Virus record (IMG/VR): IMGVR_UViG_3300009514_000888
Coordinates: 64,001 to 128,000 of that record
Reading direction: 5' to 3' (one strand)
Origin: a virus
DNA: 64,000 nucleotides
Below are positions 1 through 12,300 of this stretch, one piece after another (within the stretch, counting starts at the first letter, position 1; each line of letters begins with the position of its first letter). The notes under the pieces are model-generated. The model ran no database searches and was not told the origin of the DNA. It saw only the letters and a list, made by a program, of their open reading frames with translations. Made by a program: the position numbers and the translations under genes.

Positions 1-2
1 GC

Positions 3-158
3 CATGCCGATACGAAGAAAGATGTCAAGGAAGCCGTTGCTGCTCCCAAGTTCGTCAAAGTATCTGATTTGAATGACAAGAGCAAGAGCTGGCTTAGGGA
101 CTATTGGAGAAATATCTTCCCAGACGCTTATGTTGACGCGATGCTTGCTGACAAGTAA
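3..158 (+). CDS. 3' end of a hypothetical head-region protein (starts before the window)
   Basis: Open frame HADTKK...FVKVSDL...YWRNIFPDAYVDAMLADK* ending at TAA 156-158; below the ORF-track size cutoff. Confidence 0.6.
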   Translation, partial: HADTKKDVKEAVAAPKFVKVSDLNDKSKSWLRDYWRNIFPDAYVDAMLADK

Positions 159-184
159 TTAGTATCCTCAACGGAGATGATGGG

Positions 185-871
185 ATGTGGATTGTTCCTG
201 TAGGTCGAAAGCGATTGATGATGGCGCAGATGATGAACCCCGATCCTGTGGCATCAGGACAGGGGGAAATTGATACTGGCCTCGATCCAGAGCAGGCTCA
301 ACAGTTTGGACAAGAAACTGCATTGGATGATCGTCCAGTCAATGAGCTGGAAGACGATCTTCATGAAGCGGAAAATCCTGAAGCCAGCTTGACCAAGAAT
401 ATCATTGAATTCCTGGTTCAGCTGGGATATCCGCTTCGTCGTCTGCGCGACTTCAAAAGTCAATTCTATAGCGAAAAAGGCGGTAATGATGGCGGCGCTC
501 AGGTCACCATCACACTCCCTAACCAGTTGTATGATGATCCCGATTCTGTGCTGCCAGGCAGGGCGGTCAAGGCATTTGTTCAAAAGCTACAGGAGGATCA
601 TGGTCTGCATTATGAGGGTTATGACAAAAGCGACGAAAAGCTCATCTTGAAGCTGTCTCGAATAGGAGTCAATGACCGTATGCAGCAAATGCAGGATGGA
701 TTTGGGGATGTTCTTGACCGCGTGTATGGAAATCCGGACAAGGGAAGCAAAGACCCAAGCAAGATCAGGGCGGCAACCATCCGGGAAATGATTAAGTCAG
801 GCAAAGAAAGGGTGACGGTTAAGTTATTGAAAGCCCTAGGAGACTCTAATGTCGCTTCAACCAACAGGTAA
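185..871 (+). CDS. Hypothetical phage protein (head-gene block)
   Basis: 228-aa ORF, co-oriented, overlaps the next gene; no motif recognised. Confidence 0.7.
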   Translation: MWIVPVGRKRLMMAQMMNPDPVASGQGEIDTGLDPEQAQQFGQETALDDRPVNELEDDLHEAENPEASLTKNIIEFLVQLGYPLRRLRDFKSQFYSEKGGNDGGAQVTITLPNQLYDDPDSVLPGRAVKAFVQKLQEDHGLHYEGYDKSDEKLILKLSRIGVNDRMQQMQDGFGDVLDRVYGNPDKGSKDPSKIRAATIREMIKSGKERVTVKLLKALGDSNVASTNR

Positions 872-1668
872 ATCTAAAACCATTCCTTCACTGGAAATCG
901 ACTACGAAGCCCTAGGGAAGGAGATTAATGCTGCCGATAAGGCTCGTAACACCAGGGAGCAGAAGCCAACTCGCGTTGCCAAGCAAACCTCGGGAACGCT
1001 TTATGCGAATGGATCGAATCCTTATAGCATCAATAAACAGCAAATGATTAACTTCCTCAACGGGCAGGAGACTCCTGCTCCAGAATCAACGCCAGTTGAG
1101 AATGTCGATCATCGACAGGCCGCAACTCCTGCCAGCTACGAAAGTAGGAAATTAGACAATAATCCTCATCTGACTGGGAAAAGTATCATGCGATCTGGAG
1201 GAGGGATTGATAATGATGGCGCTACTCCCTATCGCAGAAATAGCAATTCGGAAATGATAAATTCCATTTGGGATTCGGAAAAGATTCATAGGATGTCCAA
1301 TGAATTAGCCTCGACACCAGGAGAGCAGATATCCCAAAATAAAGAAGATAGACAGTCAGTCCTTAAGCAATTGGAGAGCGAACGTAGAGATCAGCTCGCA
1401 GATGCTCTGGAAGCAGGGGTGGAGCAGCGAAAGGACTCTCATGTGACTCATACTGGCGGATCGGGCGAACATGCCTCTCAATACAAGATGCCCAAGAGAA
1501 ATATGAGTATATTTGATACCGATAGTTTTGAGGCGTTTGCTTCTCAGCATCAGACCGATGGAGAAAAAATGTCCGAAGCCAAGAGACAAGCTCGTGCGGA
1601 CATGGATAAAACTGTTCCCAATACGGGAAGAATTGTATCTAGCAAGGGCGTTTTGAACCGACTGTGGG

Positions 1669-3486
<1,818 letters not shown>

Positions 3487-4045
3487 AGATTGCGAATCTT
3501 GTAGACGGTCTTGGGCCTGGCGCATTCAAGGGCGGTCGTCCGCAAAAAGACCCATTCGAATTTAAGCTTCCTGGAGATAAAAACCCAAAGGGCGAGCAGT
3601 TTTCCTGTCCCGCGTGCGGTCGCGATTGCGAAACAGGAGAAATATGCCAATTTTGTAATGTCGCCTGTGAGGGAAGCGGAGAATCTAAGCCATTAAAGCC
3701 AGATGATCCTGGTTCGCAGAAAAATCCTTGGGATCAATATATCCTGGCCCCGCAAGTGCAAAGAGGGGCAGAAGTTATTTTTGATAGCCGTTCTGGTAAG
3801 TTTACAACTTCTCAGATAGACCCTGACGCTGCCTTGATGCGGCGTATGAGAAAAAAGCGCAAGGGTTATCCTCTGGATTTGCCTGATTTGCCGCAAATTA
3901 GACCTCATAAATCAGATACGAAGTATATGCTTGATCCCTCATCAACTCATGGGAAAAAAGTCGATAGAAGACCTGCGACGGAAGAGGAAGCCGATCATGC
4001 CTGCAAATGCTTGGCTATCGATGGCTAAGGAGAAGAATATAACCG

Positions 4046-7000
4046 ATGAAATTGATTCTTCCAGATACCTCCCCGCAAGGGAGGAGACGAAAAGTAGCTG
4101 CGACAGGAGCTATTAGCGCTTCATCTCCAGCAACAGGACATTCGACGGGTTACGCCCGTAGCGTGTCTAGTCTTACTCCTATCACTAAGACATCTCAGTT
4201 TACCGGCTCTGGGGCAAATACCATTTTTACCCAGCCGATGTTTTTCTCCCCATTGCATACCCCGCAGAACTGGCAGATCGCGTCAAAAAGAAGAGAGATT
4301 TATCAATGGAGCTTTATTGATAATGATATAAATCCTTGTTACTTAACGCTTAAGAGCGGACAGCAAAAAAGAATATCTTCCTTTTATACAGATAGCACAT
4401 ATGCTACTTCTTCATATATAACCGATTTGAATCAAGATTATGTGGTTCTGGATGGGCATGGAAATCTCAATAGACCTGACAAAGTATCAAAAAGGTGGGT
4501 ATCTAAGAAGGCCAACAAAATAAAGGCAGTGGGACTACCTGAGTCGCTTGTGGTCACAAGTGATCACAAGTGTAGGGTGATCAAAAGGGCGGATTTACGC
4601 TGCAAGTACCATTCTAGAAAAAATTGTGTTCATGGACACTGTGCTCCAACATGCACAAGATTTAATTGTGATCTGTATAAGAATGTAAGTTATAAAATAT
4701 CAAATGTTTTGGCTTCTGAAATAGAGGTTGGGGACTACATATTGCAGCCTTTCCCAACAGATATTATTGACAGTTGCATTTCTTCGATAGATGAGGCTAG
4801 GTTTGCTGGGCACCTGGGTGCCGATGGCTGGTATTGCAATGGAGATAATGAGACTGGATATAAGGCAGTTGGTGTTTGTATGTCCGTTGATGAAAAAGAG
4901 TATGTAGGAGGTACGGTCGATGCTATTTTCGACCAATACGGAGGATCGGATTGTGAGTATTATAACAATAAAAGCAAAACATTGACAGCGAAGCGCACTT
5001 CTAATGTAAAGACAGTTAAATTTGCTGATAAAATTCTTAAGGGCAAGGGGTCAAAAAAGCGCTTTACAGAACAGGTCACTTTGCTTGATCCTATTTTGCA
5101 AAAGCATGTACTAGGAGCCTATATACAATCTGATGGTTCATACAACAAAGCAAATGATGTTTTTGAGATTACTTCTTATTCTCCGCATCTGGCTAATCAG
5201 TTGTTGATAATGTGCTACAGATGCGGAATTTTGGCTCGTGTGCATAAGCAGCCAATTAGTCGTTCGACAAAAACATTCAAAACCGACAATCAGTATCGTT
5301 ATATACTTTGTATTCCATCATCGGAATGCCGTAAGATATCTGAATACGTTCCTGGAAAATCTTCCAATTTGTCGATCAGAAAAAAGGGGTCTTCATGGAG
5401 ATTTTTTTGGGGTAATAATGTTGTTACCAGAGTTTCGTCAAACGAAGAATTTGATTACGAGGGATTTGTCTACGACATAAGGGTTCCTCCTTCTTTTACT
5501 GTATGCGCCAACGGCGTTTCCGTTCATCAGTGCCGCTTCTATTATGAAAACGAGCCAAAGGTTGCTGCGGGCGTTGACTTCTATTGCTTCGATCCAAAAA
5601 CTCCAGTTTTAATGGCAGATGGATCGCAGAAAGCTATTGAGTCAATTTCGGTAGGCGATGCAGTTCGATCACACGATGGGAGCGTGGGCGCTGTAGAAGA
5701 AGTACATCGCCGACAAGCGGAAGAGCCTATCTATTGTATCCATATTTCTGGGGTTAATAACGGAACTCTTAAAGCAACAGGCGGGCACCGTATCCTTGTA
5801 TCTAGAAAGGAAAAAATTCAATGGATGAATGTTTGCGACTTGAAGAAGGGAGACTTCCTGTTAGCCCCATGTAATTATGAGTCGGTTATTGATGAGTCTG
5901 GAATACGTGATACTCCATACTTTGTTAATGGTAAGTATATTTATCGTCAAGTGTTGTCTGTAAAAAAGAAGCCCTACAAAGGCGATGTATATGACTTAAC
6001 AGTTCACGGGGCGCATACTTACGTGGCAAATAGGGTCGCTGTTCACAATTCGACATTCGCAATGAATGGCTTTAAGTTAGAGTGCAAATCCCAGGATGTT
6101 CTTGAATACTTTGAGCAGCTTATAGAAGATATCGATTTGGCCGATTGGCTGCAACACATCAGCCATGAATATTATCTACTTGGCGATGTTTTTCCGTTCT
6201 TGGAAATTGAGTGCCCAACGTGCAAAGGAAAGGGCGTGGACCCGAAGACCAGGGATCGTTGCAGCCATCCTGGAGGAACATTCCGGTCCATCCGCTTGAT
6301 GAATCCCGATTATATAGAAGTCCAAGACAATGTTTTGGCTGATCATCCTGTGATCGCAATGATGCCGGATGAAGAATTGAGAATGATTATTGCTCGTCGT
6401 CAGCCAAAAGAGATATATGAGAAATTGCCTCAAGAACTGGTTGACCTGGTTGCCACAGGACGACCCATTCCGCTGTCTCCGAGAAGCGTTAGCCATCTCA
6501 AGTTCAATGGCTCTGCCTACGGAACATACGGCACCTCCATGCTGCGCCGTTTGTTTACGATTCTTGCCTATAAAACCAAGATTATGACGGCCAATTGGAT
6601 CGTCGCCGAAAGGATGATCCTGCCTGTTCGCGTTGTCAAGGTTGGAGACAAAGATCGTCCAGCCAGCGAAGACGATTTGCAGGATGTTGCAAATCAGTTG
6701 GCAGCAGTTGTCAATGATCCGAACTTGACAATTATTACTCACCACGCATTTGAATACATGTGGCATGGTGCGACTGGCAAAATTCATAATATTAGCGCTG
6801 AACTTGAAGAAGTTGGTAAAGAAATTCTTGATGGGCTTATGTTGAACCAGGCTATTCTAAACGGGGAGGCAGCAGGATATAATAGTGCGCAGGTTGGCGT
6901 TGAAGTTATGATACGCCGTCTCGAGAATTGGCGCAATAAACTAGCGAAGTGGGTTCAGAATCACATCTTCAAGCCCATCGCTATGATGCAGGGATTTTTA

Positions 7001-8038
7001 GATGATGAGCAAAGCCGTAGCCTTAAGCGGAATATCTATGTTTTCCCGACCGTCAAGTTTAACGAAATGCATTTGCGGGATAAATCGAACTTTATCCAAA
7101 TCCTCATGCAGGCGTATGACAAGGGCATGGTCTCCTTACAGACTGTTTTGGACGAAATGGGTCTGGACTACGATGTCGAAATCGAACGTCGTAGAGAGGA
7201 AAACCTCGTCACCACAGCAACGGGCATGATGATGCCTGGCGCAAATGCCGGACCAATGGGTATGGGCGGCGGCGCTCCGCCAATGGGCGGCGGCGGGCCA
7301 CCTCCACCTGGAGATATGGGAGGCATGGGAGGCGGTCCAGAGATGGGCATGCCTGGCGCTCCGCCTGGCGGAGGGATGGGTGCTGGCGCAGGCGCGCCGG
7401 GCGCAGGAGCGCCTGGTGCAGGCGGGATGGGCGCAGCGGCAGCAGGTCCAGGCATGAGTCCAGAAGAAGGTGTCGCCGCGCCTTCAAAGGTCATGAAAAG
7501 AGGCAAGGGCGATAAGAAAGGCAAGGAAGAAGAGATGGCAGTGGCCCCTAAGCTGTTTAAGTTGACCAAACTTGAGCAGAAGATGAAGAAGATGCTAGAG
7601 ACCCTGGATGTTCCTTATGGGCTTTACGGCCAATATCAGATTCAGCTAGCAGGGCAGCAGCAGCCGTTCTTGCTTGATTTTGCGTATCCGAAGATTGGCA
7701 TAGGAATCGAAACGGATGGAGCTATATGGCATGAGCGACAGGACTTGAAGGAACGAGACAAGATGAGGGACCAGATGTTAGCGAATGTTGGTTGGCGTAT
7801 CCTCAGATTCAATGAGCAAGCAGTTAATGAGAATATGGATATGGTTCGCAATGTTGTCTACAAGAATATCATGGAAGCAGCCAAGGGACGCAAGAAGGCA
7901 GCAGAGAATCAGGATAGTATGTCCAAGTTTGCTGCCATGACAGAAGGCATAAATGATATAAACACAAAGGATTTTAAGGTTAGGCTTGAGGAATTAGACA
8001 ATAATATGGGATATATGTTGCTTGTAGGAACTTCGTAA
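4046..8038 (+). CDS. Portal protein precursor with two inteins, a G/M/P-rich linker and a C-terminal DUF559-like domain (768 aa after splicing)
   Basis: Spliced sequence REIYQW-CRFYYENEPKVAAGVDFY-STFAMNG and YGTSMLRRLF/ILPVRVVKVG segments resemble large-phage portals; lies upstream of protease and capsid. Confidence 0.8.
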   Translation: MKLILPDTSPQGRRRKVAATGAISASSPATGHSTGYARSVSSLTPITKTSQFTGSGANTIFTQPMFFSPLHTPQNWQIASKRREIYQWSFIDNDINPCYLTLKSGQQKRISSFYTDSTYATSSYITDLNQDYVVLDGHGNLNRPDKVSKRWVSKKANKIKAVGLPESLVVTSDHKCRVIKRADLRCKYHSRKNCVHGHCAPTCTRFNCDLYKNVSYKISNVLASEIEVGDYILQPFPTDIIDSCISSIDEARFAGHLGADGWYCNGDNETGYKAVGVCMSVDEKEYVGGTVDAIFDQYGGSDCEYYNNKSKTLTAKRTSNVKTVKFADKILKGKGSKKRFTEQVTLLDPILQKHVLGAYIQSDGSYNKANDVFEITSYSPHLANQLLIMCYRCGILARVHKQPISRSTKTFKTDNQYRYILCIPSSECRKISEYVPGKSSNLSIRKKGSSWRFFWGNNVVTRVSSNEEFDYEGFVYDIRVPPSFTVCANGVSVHQCRFYYENEPKVAAGVDFYCFDPKTPVLMADGSQKAIESISVGDAVRSHDGSVGAVEEVHRRQAEEPIYCIHISGVNNGTLKATGGHRILVSRKEKIQWMNVCDLKKGDFLLAPCNYESVIDESGIRDTPYFVNGKYIYRQVLSVKKKPYKGDVYDLTVHGAHTYVANRVAVHNSTFAMNGFKLECKSQDVLEYFEQLIEDIDLADWLQHISHEYYLLGDVFPFLEIECPTCKGKGVDPKTRDRCSHPGGTFRSIRLMNPDYIEVQDNVLADHPVIAMMPDEELRMIIARRQPKEIYEKLPQELVDLVATGRPIPLSPRSVSHLKFNGSAYGTYGTSMLRRLFTILAYKTKIMTANWIVAERMILPVRVVKVGDKDRPASEDDLQDVANQLAAVVNDPNLTIITHHAFEYMWHGATGKIHNISAELEEVGKEILDGLMLNQAILNGEAAGYNSAQVGVEVMIRRLENWRNKLAKWVQNHIFKPIAMMQGFLDDEQSRSLKRNIYVFPTVKFNEMHLRDKSNFIQILMQAYDKGMVSLQTVLDEMGLDYDVEIERRREENLVTTATGMMMPGANAGPMGMGGGAPPMGGGGPPPPGDMGGMGGGPEMGMPGAPPGGGMGAGAGAPGAGAPGAGGMGAAAAGPGMSPEEGVAAPSKVMKRGKGDKKGKEEEMAVAPKLFKLTKLEQKMKKMLETLDVPYGLYGQYQIQLAGQQQPFLLDFAYPKIGIGIETDGAIWHERQDLKERDKMRDQMLANVGWRILRFNEQAVNENMDMVRNVVYKNIMEAAKGRKKAAENQDSMSKFAAMTEGINDINTKDFKVRLEELDNNMGYMLLVGTS
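4310..5530 (+). mobile_element. Intein 1 in portal (407 aa; Ser1, His-Gln terminus, LAGLIDADG endonuclease)
   Basis: Block B VTSDH, block F VYDIRV, terminus VHQ|C; LAGLIDADG motifs FAGHLGADG and LGAYIQSDG. Confidence 0.88.
5585..6049 (+). mobile_element. Intein 2 in portal (155-aa mini-intein)
   Basis: CFDPKTPVLMADG start, ATGGH block B, VYDLTV block F, VHN|S terminus; no endonuclease. Confidence 0.92.
7560..7880 (+). other. DUF559/Vsr-like PD-(D/E)XK nuclease-like domain fused to the portal C-terminus
   Basis: LDFAYP..GIGIETDGAIWH...RDKMRDQML...GWRILRF. Confidence 0.75.
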
Positions 8039-8413
8039 ATGAAGCAGGTTGTCACTGAATCTTTTCTCAAATTAGCCGCATTCAACTCCGAGAAGTCAGA
8101 ATCTATTCGCAAGGGTATCATTGATTTGCGACCAGACCTGCAACAGGGCTGGTTGTATGTCAATTATTCTGGAGGAGATCTGACTTATTATCTGGACAAG
8201 CACAAGGATGTCAGGGCTACATTGCCTGCGGACCAGCTGCATGCGATGGAGGCCACTGAGATGGCGCAATGGTTTGCCAGGGAACTTGGCGGACAGGTAG
8301 ATGCATTGGGGATTAATCTTGATGAAACAGAACGGCAATGGAAAGGTGACATGGAAGAGTATCGGAGACAGGACCGAGATCCAGAGCATCCGGCTTTTAA
8401 GAGCAAGATTTGA
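8039..8413 (+). CDS. Hypothetical protein
   Basis: 124-aa ORF starting immediately after the portal stop. Confidence 0.65.
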   Translation: MKQVVTESFLKLAAFNSEKSESIRKGIIDLRPDLQQGWLYVNYSGGDLTYYLDKHKDVRATLPADQLHAMEATEMAQWFARELGGQVDALGINLDETERQWKGDMEEYRRQDRDPEHPAFKSKI

Positions 8414-8415
8414 TA

Positions 8416-8901
8416 ATGTCTTTCAACCTGAGAAAACAATCTGATGGAGAGGGTTCAGGCGGCCCGAGAAGGATCAAGGATCGAGGCATCCAGTGGCAAG
8501 AGCAGTACCGAGAAAAGTCAGATGACCTAAAACATCGTTACGAACAGATATTGGGGCCTGGGTCTTATTATCGCTGGGAGGGTCATGATTACACGACTAA
8601 CAGCGATTATTTTGTCGTGGCAGGTCCAGCGATGACCAAGGAGGGTCGAAAGATGTTTTTTGCTGGCATTAAGAAATTACCTCCTGGAGAAGACCCTTCT
8701 AAGCACTTTGCTCCTGCGGGGGAATACTTTGGATCGATGAATGGCGCTTTGAGTCATGCCTCAGAAAAGTGGGGAATTAGGTTTCCGCAGGGCAATCCTA
8801 ATTATCAGAAAGAGCAGCTCGCTCCGCTGGATATTCCGAGGCACGTGAAGGCCAGTTTGTCAGATCAAAAGAAATACTCTCAGGCCAACCCGCAAGCATG
8901 A
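8416..8901 (+). CDS. Hypothetical protein beginning MSFNLRKQS
   Basis: ATG at 8416; shares the FNLRKQ motif with ORF 1669. Confidence 0.75.
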   Translation: MSFNLRKQSDGEGSGGPRRIKDRGIQWQEQYREKSDDLKHRYEQILGPGSYYRWEGHDYTTNSDYFVVAGPAMTKEGRKMFFAGIKKLPPGEDPSKHFAPAGEYFGSMNGALSHASEKWGIRFPQGNPNYQKEQLAPLDIPRHVKASLSDQKKYSQANPQA

Positions 8902-8967
8902 TATATTTCTATTGAGGACAGTACCATAAAGACTATTAAAACATCAGCATACAAGAAGTCTCTATAC

Positions 8968-9315
8968 ATGCGAAAGTATGCGCAGCCCAAAAATCCCTGG
9001 AACGACGTAGGCGAGATGAATCAGAGCGTTCCAGATGATAGCGTATCTGAATTTATGGGGGTAACTGACGAACAACTGTCAGAATGGATCGATCACAAAG
9101 AAGAAAGTCTAGCAGAAATAGACGCTGAAAATGCCAGCGAAACAGCGTTGTTTGGAGACTCTGGACCTGGCTCAGCTGTTGGACTTGGGGAGCAGAGAGC
9201 GTGGCTCAGACGAGCCAAGAAAGAGCTTGCCAGAAGGCGGCCAAGCCCTCCTGCTAAACCAGATTTTGATTTTGGAGAATTTCCTCCTGGCGCAACAGAT
9301 GATGTGCCCTTCTAA
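8968..9315 (+). CDS. Hypothetical acidic protein beginning MRKYAQ
   Basis: 115-aa ORF in the head block. Confidence 0.6.
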   Translation: MRKYAQPKNPWNDVGEMNQSVPDDSVSEFMGVTDEQLSEWIDHKEESLAEIDAENASETALFGDSGPGSAVGLGEQRAWLRRAKKELARRRPSPPAKPDFDFGEFPPGATDDVPF

Positions 9316-9390
9316 GCAGAATAGAGGAATTTCTCATAAATTTCGATACAACATAAGGATAGCTAGCTGGCCAGTTAGCGAGATTGATTC

Positions 9391-12300
9391 ATGAGTTTAA
9401 CAAAGACGGCTACGTCTAACAATTGTTCTATCCATCCCCTCAATAACCCAGGTTGGGATATATACAAGTTGCCAGAGATGGTCAAGATGGCTTCGCTTGA
9501 AAAATCGAAGGGCGAAGACCTCGGTGGTTTCGATCTCGGCGCAGCTGTAAAAGATCACCCAGATAACCTTTTCGTCAAGATTTTCGCCATCAAAGAAGAT
9601 GAAGTCAACGACAATGGCGACTACTTTTCAGCAGAAGAATTAGAGAAATCAGCTGGTACATTTGTTGGCGTTCCAGTATTCACCAATCACCAAAATGACG
9701 ACATCGAACGCGCCAGGGGCGAATGCGTCCACGCATGGTATGACAAGGATGCGCAGGGCATTTTCATTATTGCCAGAGTTGATAAGATCGCTTATCCGAA
9801 ATTAGCCCGAGGCATAGAAGAACAAATCATTAAATCAACCTCAATGGGCGCGTCACGCGGCCATGATCTCGTTACCATGTCCGACTATTCGTATAAGCGG
9901 GTAGACGAATTAAAAATAGGAGATCAGGTTATTACTCATACGGGAAGGACAGAGAGTGTCCATGCCCTTTGCAGAACCCAAGAACATGACGAATTATATC
10001 ACATTAAATGGAATGGCAAGAAATCTGGTCTTGCCCTAAGCCATGAACATCCCGTTCTGATACTTAGGCATGATGATCTTCATTTGGCGCAGCCAACTGG
10101 GGAAAGATGCAGAAAGACTCCGCTAGAGATCAATGAAAACATAAAGCCTGCATTCGTTGAAGCAAGCCAGGTTAGAGAAGGGGATTATGTTCTCGAGATT
10201 ATTGATGGGCCTAGGTCTGATATAGACACCGAGATAGGTAGAGTCGCCTTGAATACAGGGGCTCCAGTCACGCTTTCTGGGCATGATGTCGTTGCCTTGA
10301 CATCTACCGTCATGGACCCTGACGCCGAGTATACGGGACATCATTTTGCTATTTCTGATCCATTGTCAGCATTTTCATACAAAGTAAAGCTAAATAAGCG
10401 ATCCAAAAGACTTAAATTTGACTCATTCTTTTATGACAAATATATTGCTCACAGGGTAGAATCTGTAGATAAGATTAGGAATACAGAACCTACTTATTAT
10501 GTGCAGATAGGGGAGATAGATGATACCGAAAGTGATCATAGCTATATTCTAAACGATATTGCTACTCACAACTGCTCGGTGGAGGGCAGTGTGTGCTCTA
10601 TTTGCCATAATTACTCTACGACAGCTGATTCGTATTGCACGCATATTAGAAATCAAAAAACAAGAAAAACATCAACGACCTGCAAATGCAAATATCACGA
10701 AAGCGCAGATTTAGATGGCAGTAAAAAAGATGAGCCTTGCCCTGTTTGCGGCGCTACCAAGAGTGACTCGAAGCAACTCAAGCACTCTGATCAGGAAGTC
10801 TTTGAATACAACTACGGGCTGAAGTTCATCGAGAACTCGTTCGTGGTCAATCCTGCGTGCCATACCTGCGGCGTTGCATGTATTCTCAATGAACCAGAGA
10901 TAAACAAGAAAGTTGCTTTCCTTCAGGAGCGCATTCAGAAACTTTCTCATGATTTCAATAAGGGAATTAAACTCGGGAAAAATGCTGGGCGAGAAGAATT
11001 AGATGCCCTTCAGGAAGCAATGAACAATATCGAAAAAGTATCCAAGTCTATGTTGGCCCAAAAAGACCAAGTAGACCTGGAATTCGTCAGCGATCTCGTC
11101 AAACTCATGTCTGACTTACAGGATACAACTGACGAACTTATGGAGATGGGATATGCGCAACTCCCGTCTCCTCCAGACTTTGTGACTGGGTCGGGGGTAG
11201 AGGGCGATGTTACATTTCCTGATCCAACTGCGGGTATCCCGCAGCCTGCGCAGCAGATGGGGCCGCCACCGGCGACTCAAACGACTCAGACTCCGTCTGC
11301 GACCCAGACTGACATTATAGGCGGCCTAGGTTCGGTAACTAAGCCTGCAATGTCAACGTTAGTCAATCAAAAGAAGGAGTTTATAAGAACTTCTTCGAAT
11401 CTGGGTAAAAAGATTTCTGCGCTAGCAAGGCGCATAAACAATCTGGCAAGGAGCAGCACTGTGTCCGATGCCCATACGCATGTTTGGGATGATGGGAGTG
11501 ACCCATCTTCCCGCAATGTATTAATAGACGAAACCTATATCACAGAGTCCCAGGGGGATACGGTGCTGCGGGTTTCTGCCATTTCTGAATTACCCACTGA
11601 TCTTCAAAAGATGATTAGGTCGAATCCCCAAGAAGCGGGGAGACGTGTCCTTGCGAGCTATAAGGAGTCTGGATATACCATGAAAGATAACTCAACTGAG
11701 AAGACCGCTGCTGTCGGGCCGTTCGGCAAGGATAGCGCGTCCCAGCAAGAGGTCATTACTGAAAAGCAGTTGCGCAACGAACCTCCTGACCTGCACCCTC
11801 GCTGGGGCGATACCTATGAGCAGATTACTGAGTCCAATGAGCAACTTGGACGCAGCGATGATAAGATGCATGATACCACTTCTGATTCCCCGCAAAAAAG
11901 ACTGGGAACTTATGAAACAATCACTGAGGACCAGCTAAAGGTCGTTACTGATGGTCATATTGTGCGCGCCAATGACTGGCCCGAAGTTGTGACTGAAAAG
12001 CAATGGACTGATATGGCTCGCCTCGTCAGCGCTGAACTACCAGACGACTGGACAGAGCGTATCACCGAAGCACAAATCCGCGATCTTCTGGATCATCACA
12101 GGTTCGTCGGACCTTATGAAACTATTACCGAAGATCAGCTTAAGAATCAGGACTGGGGCATCAAGCGATGGGCCAGCGCGACTTATACACAACAGCTGGC
12201 GAAGGTTGCTGTGAATGCCATCTCTGATGCGATTGCTCGCTTTAATAAGACTCCAGAAGAGATCGACAGGGTAGCGTCATATGTGAATGATAACCCCGTT

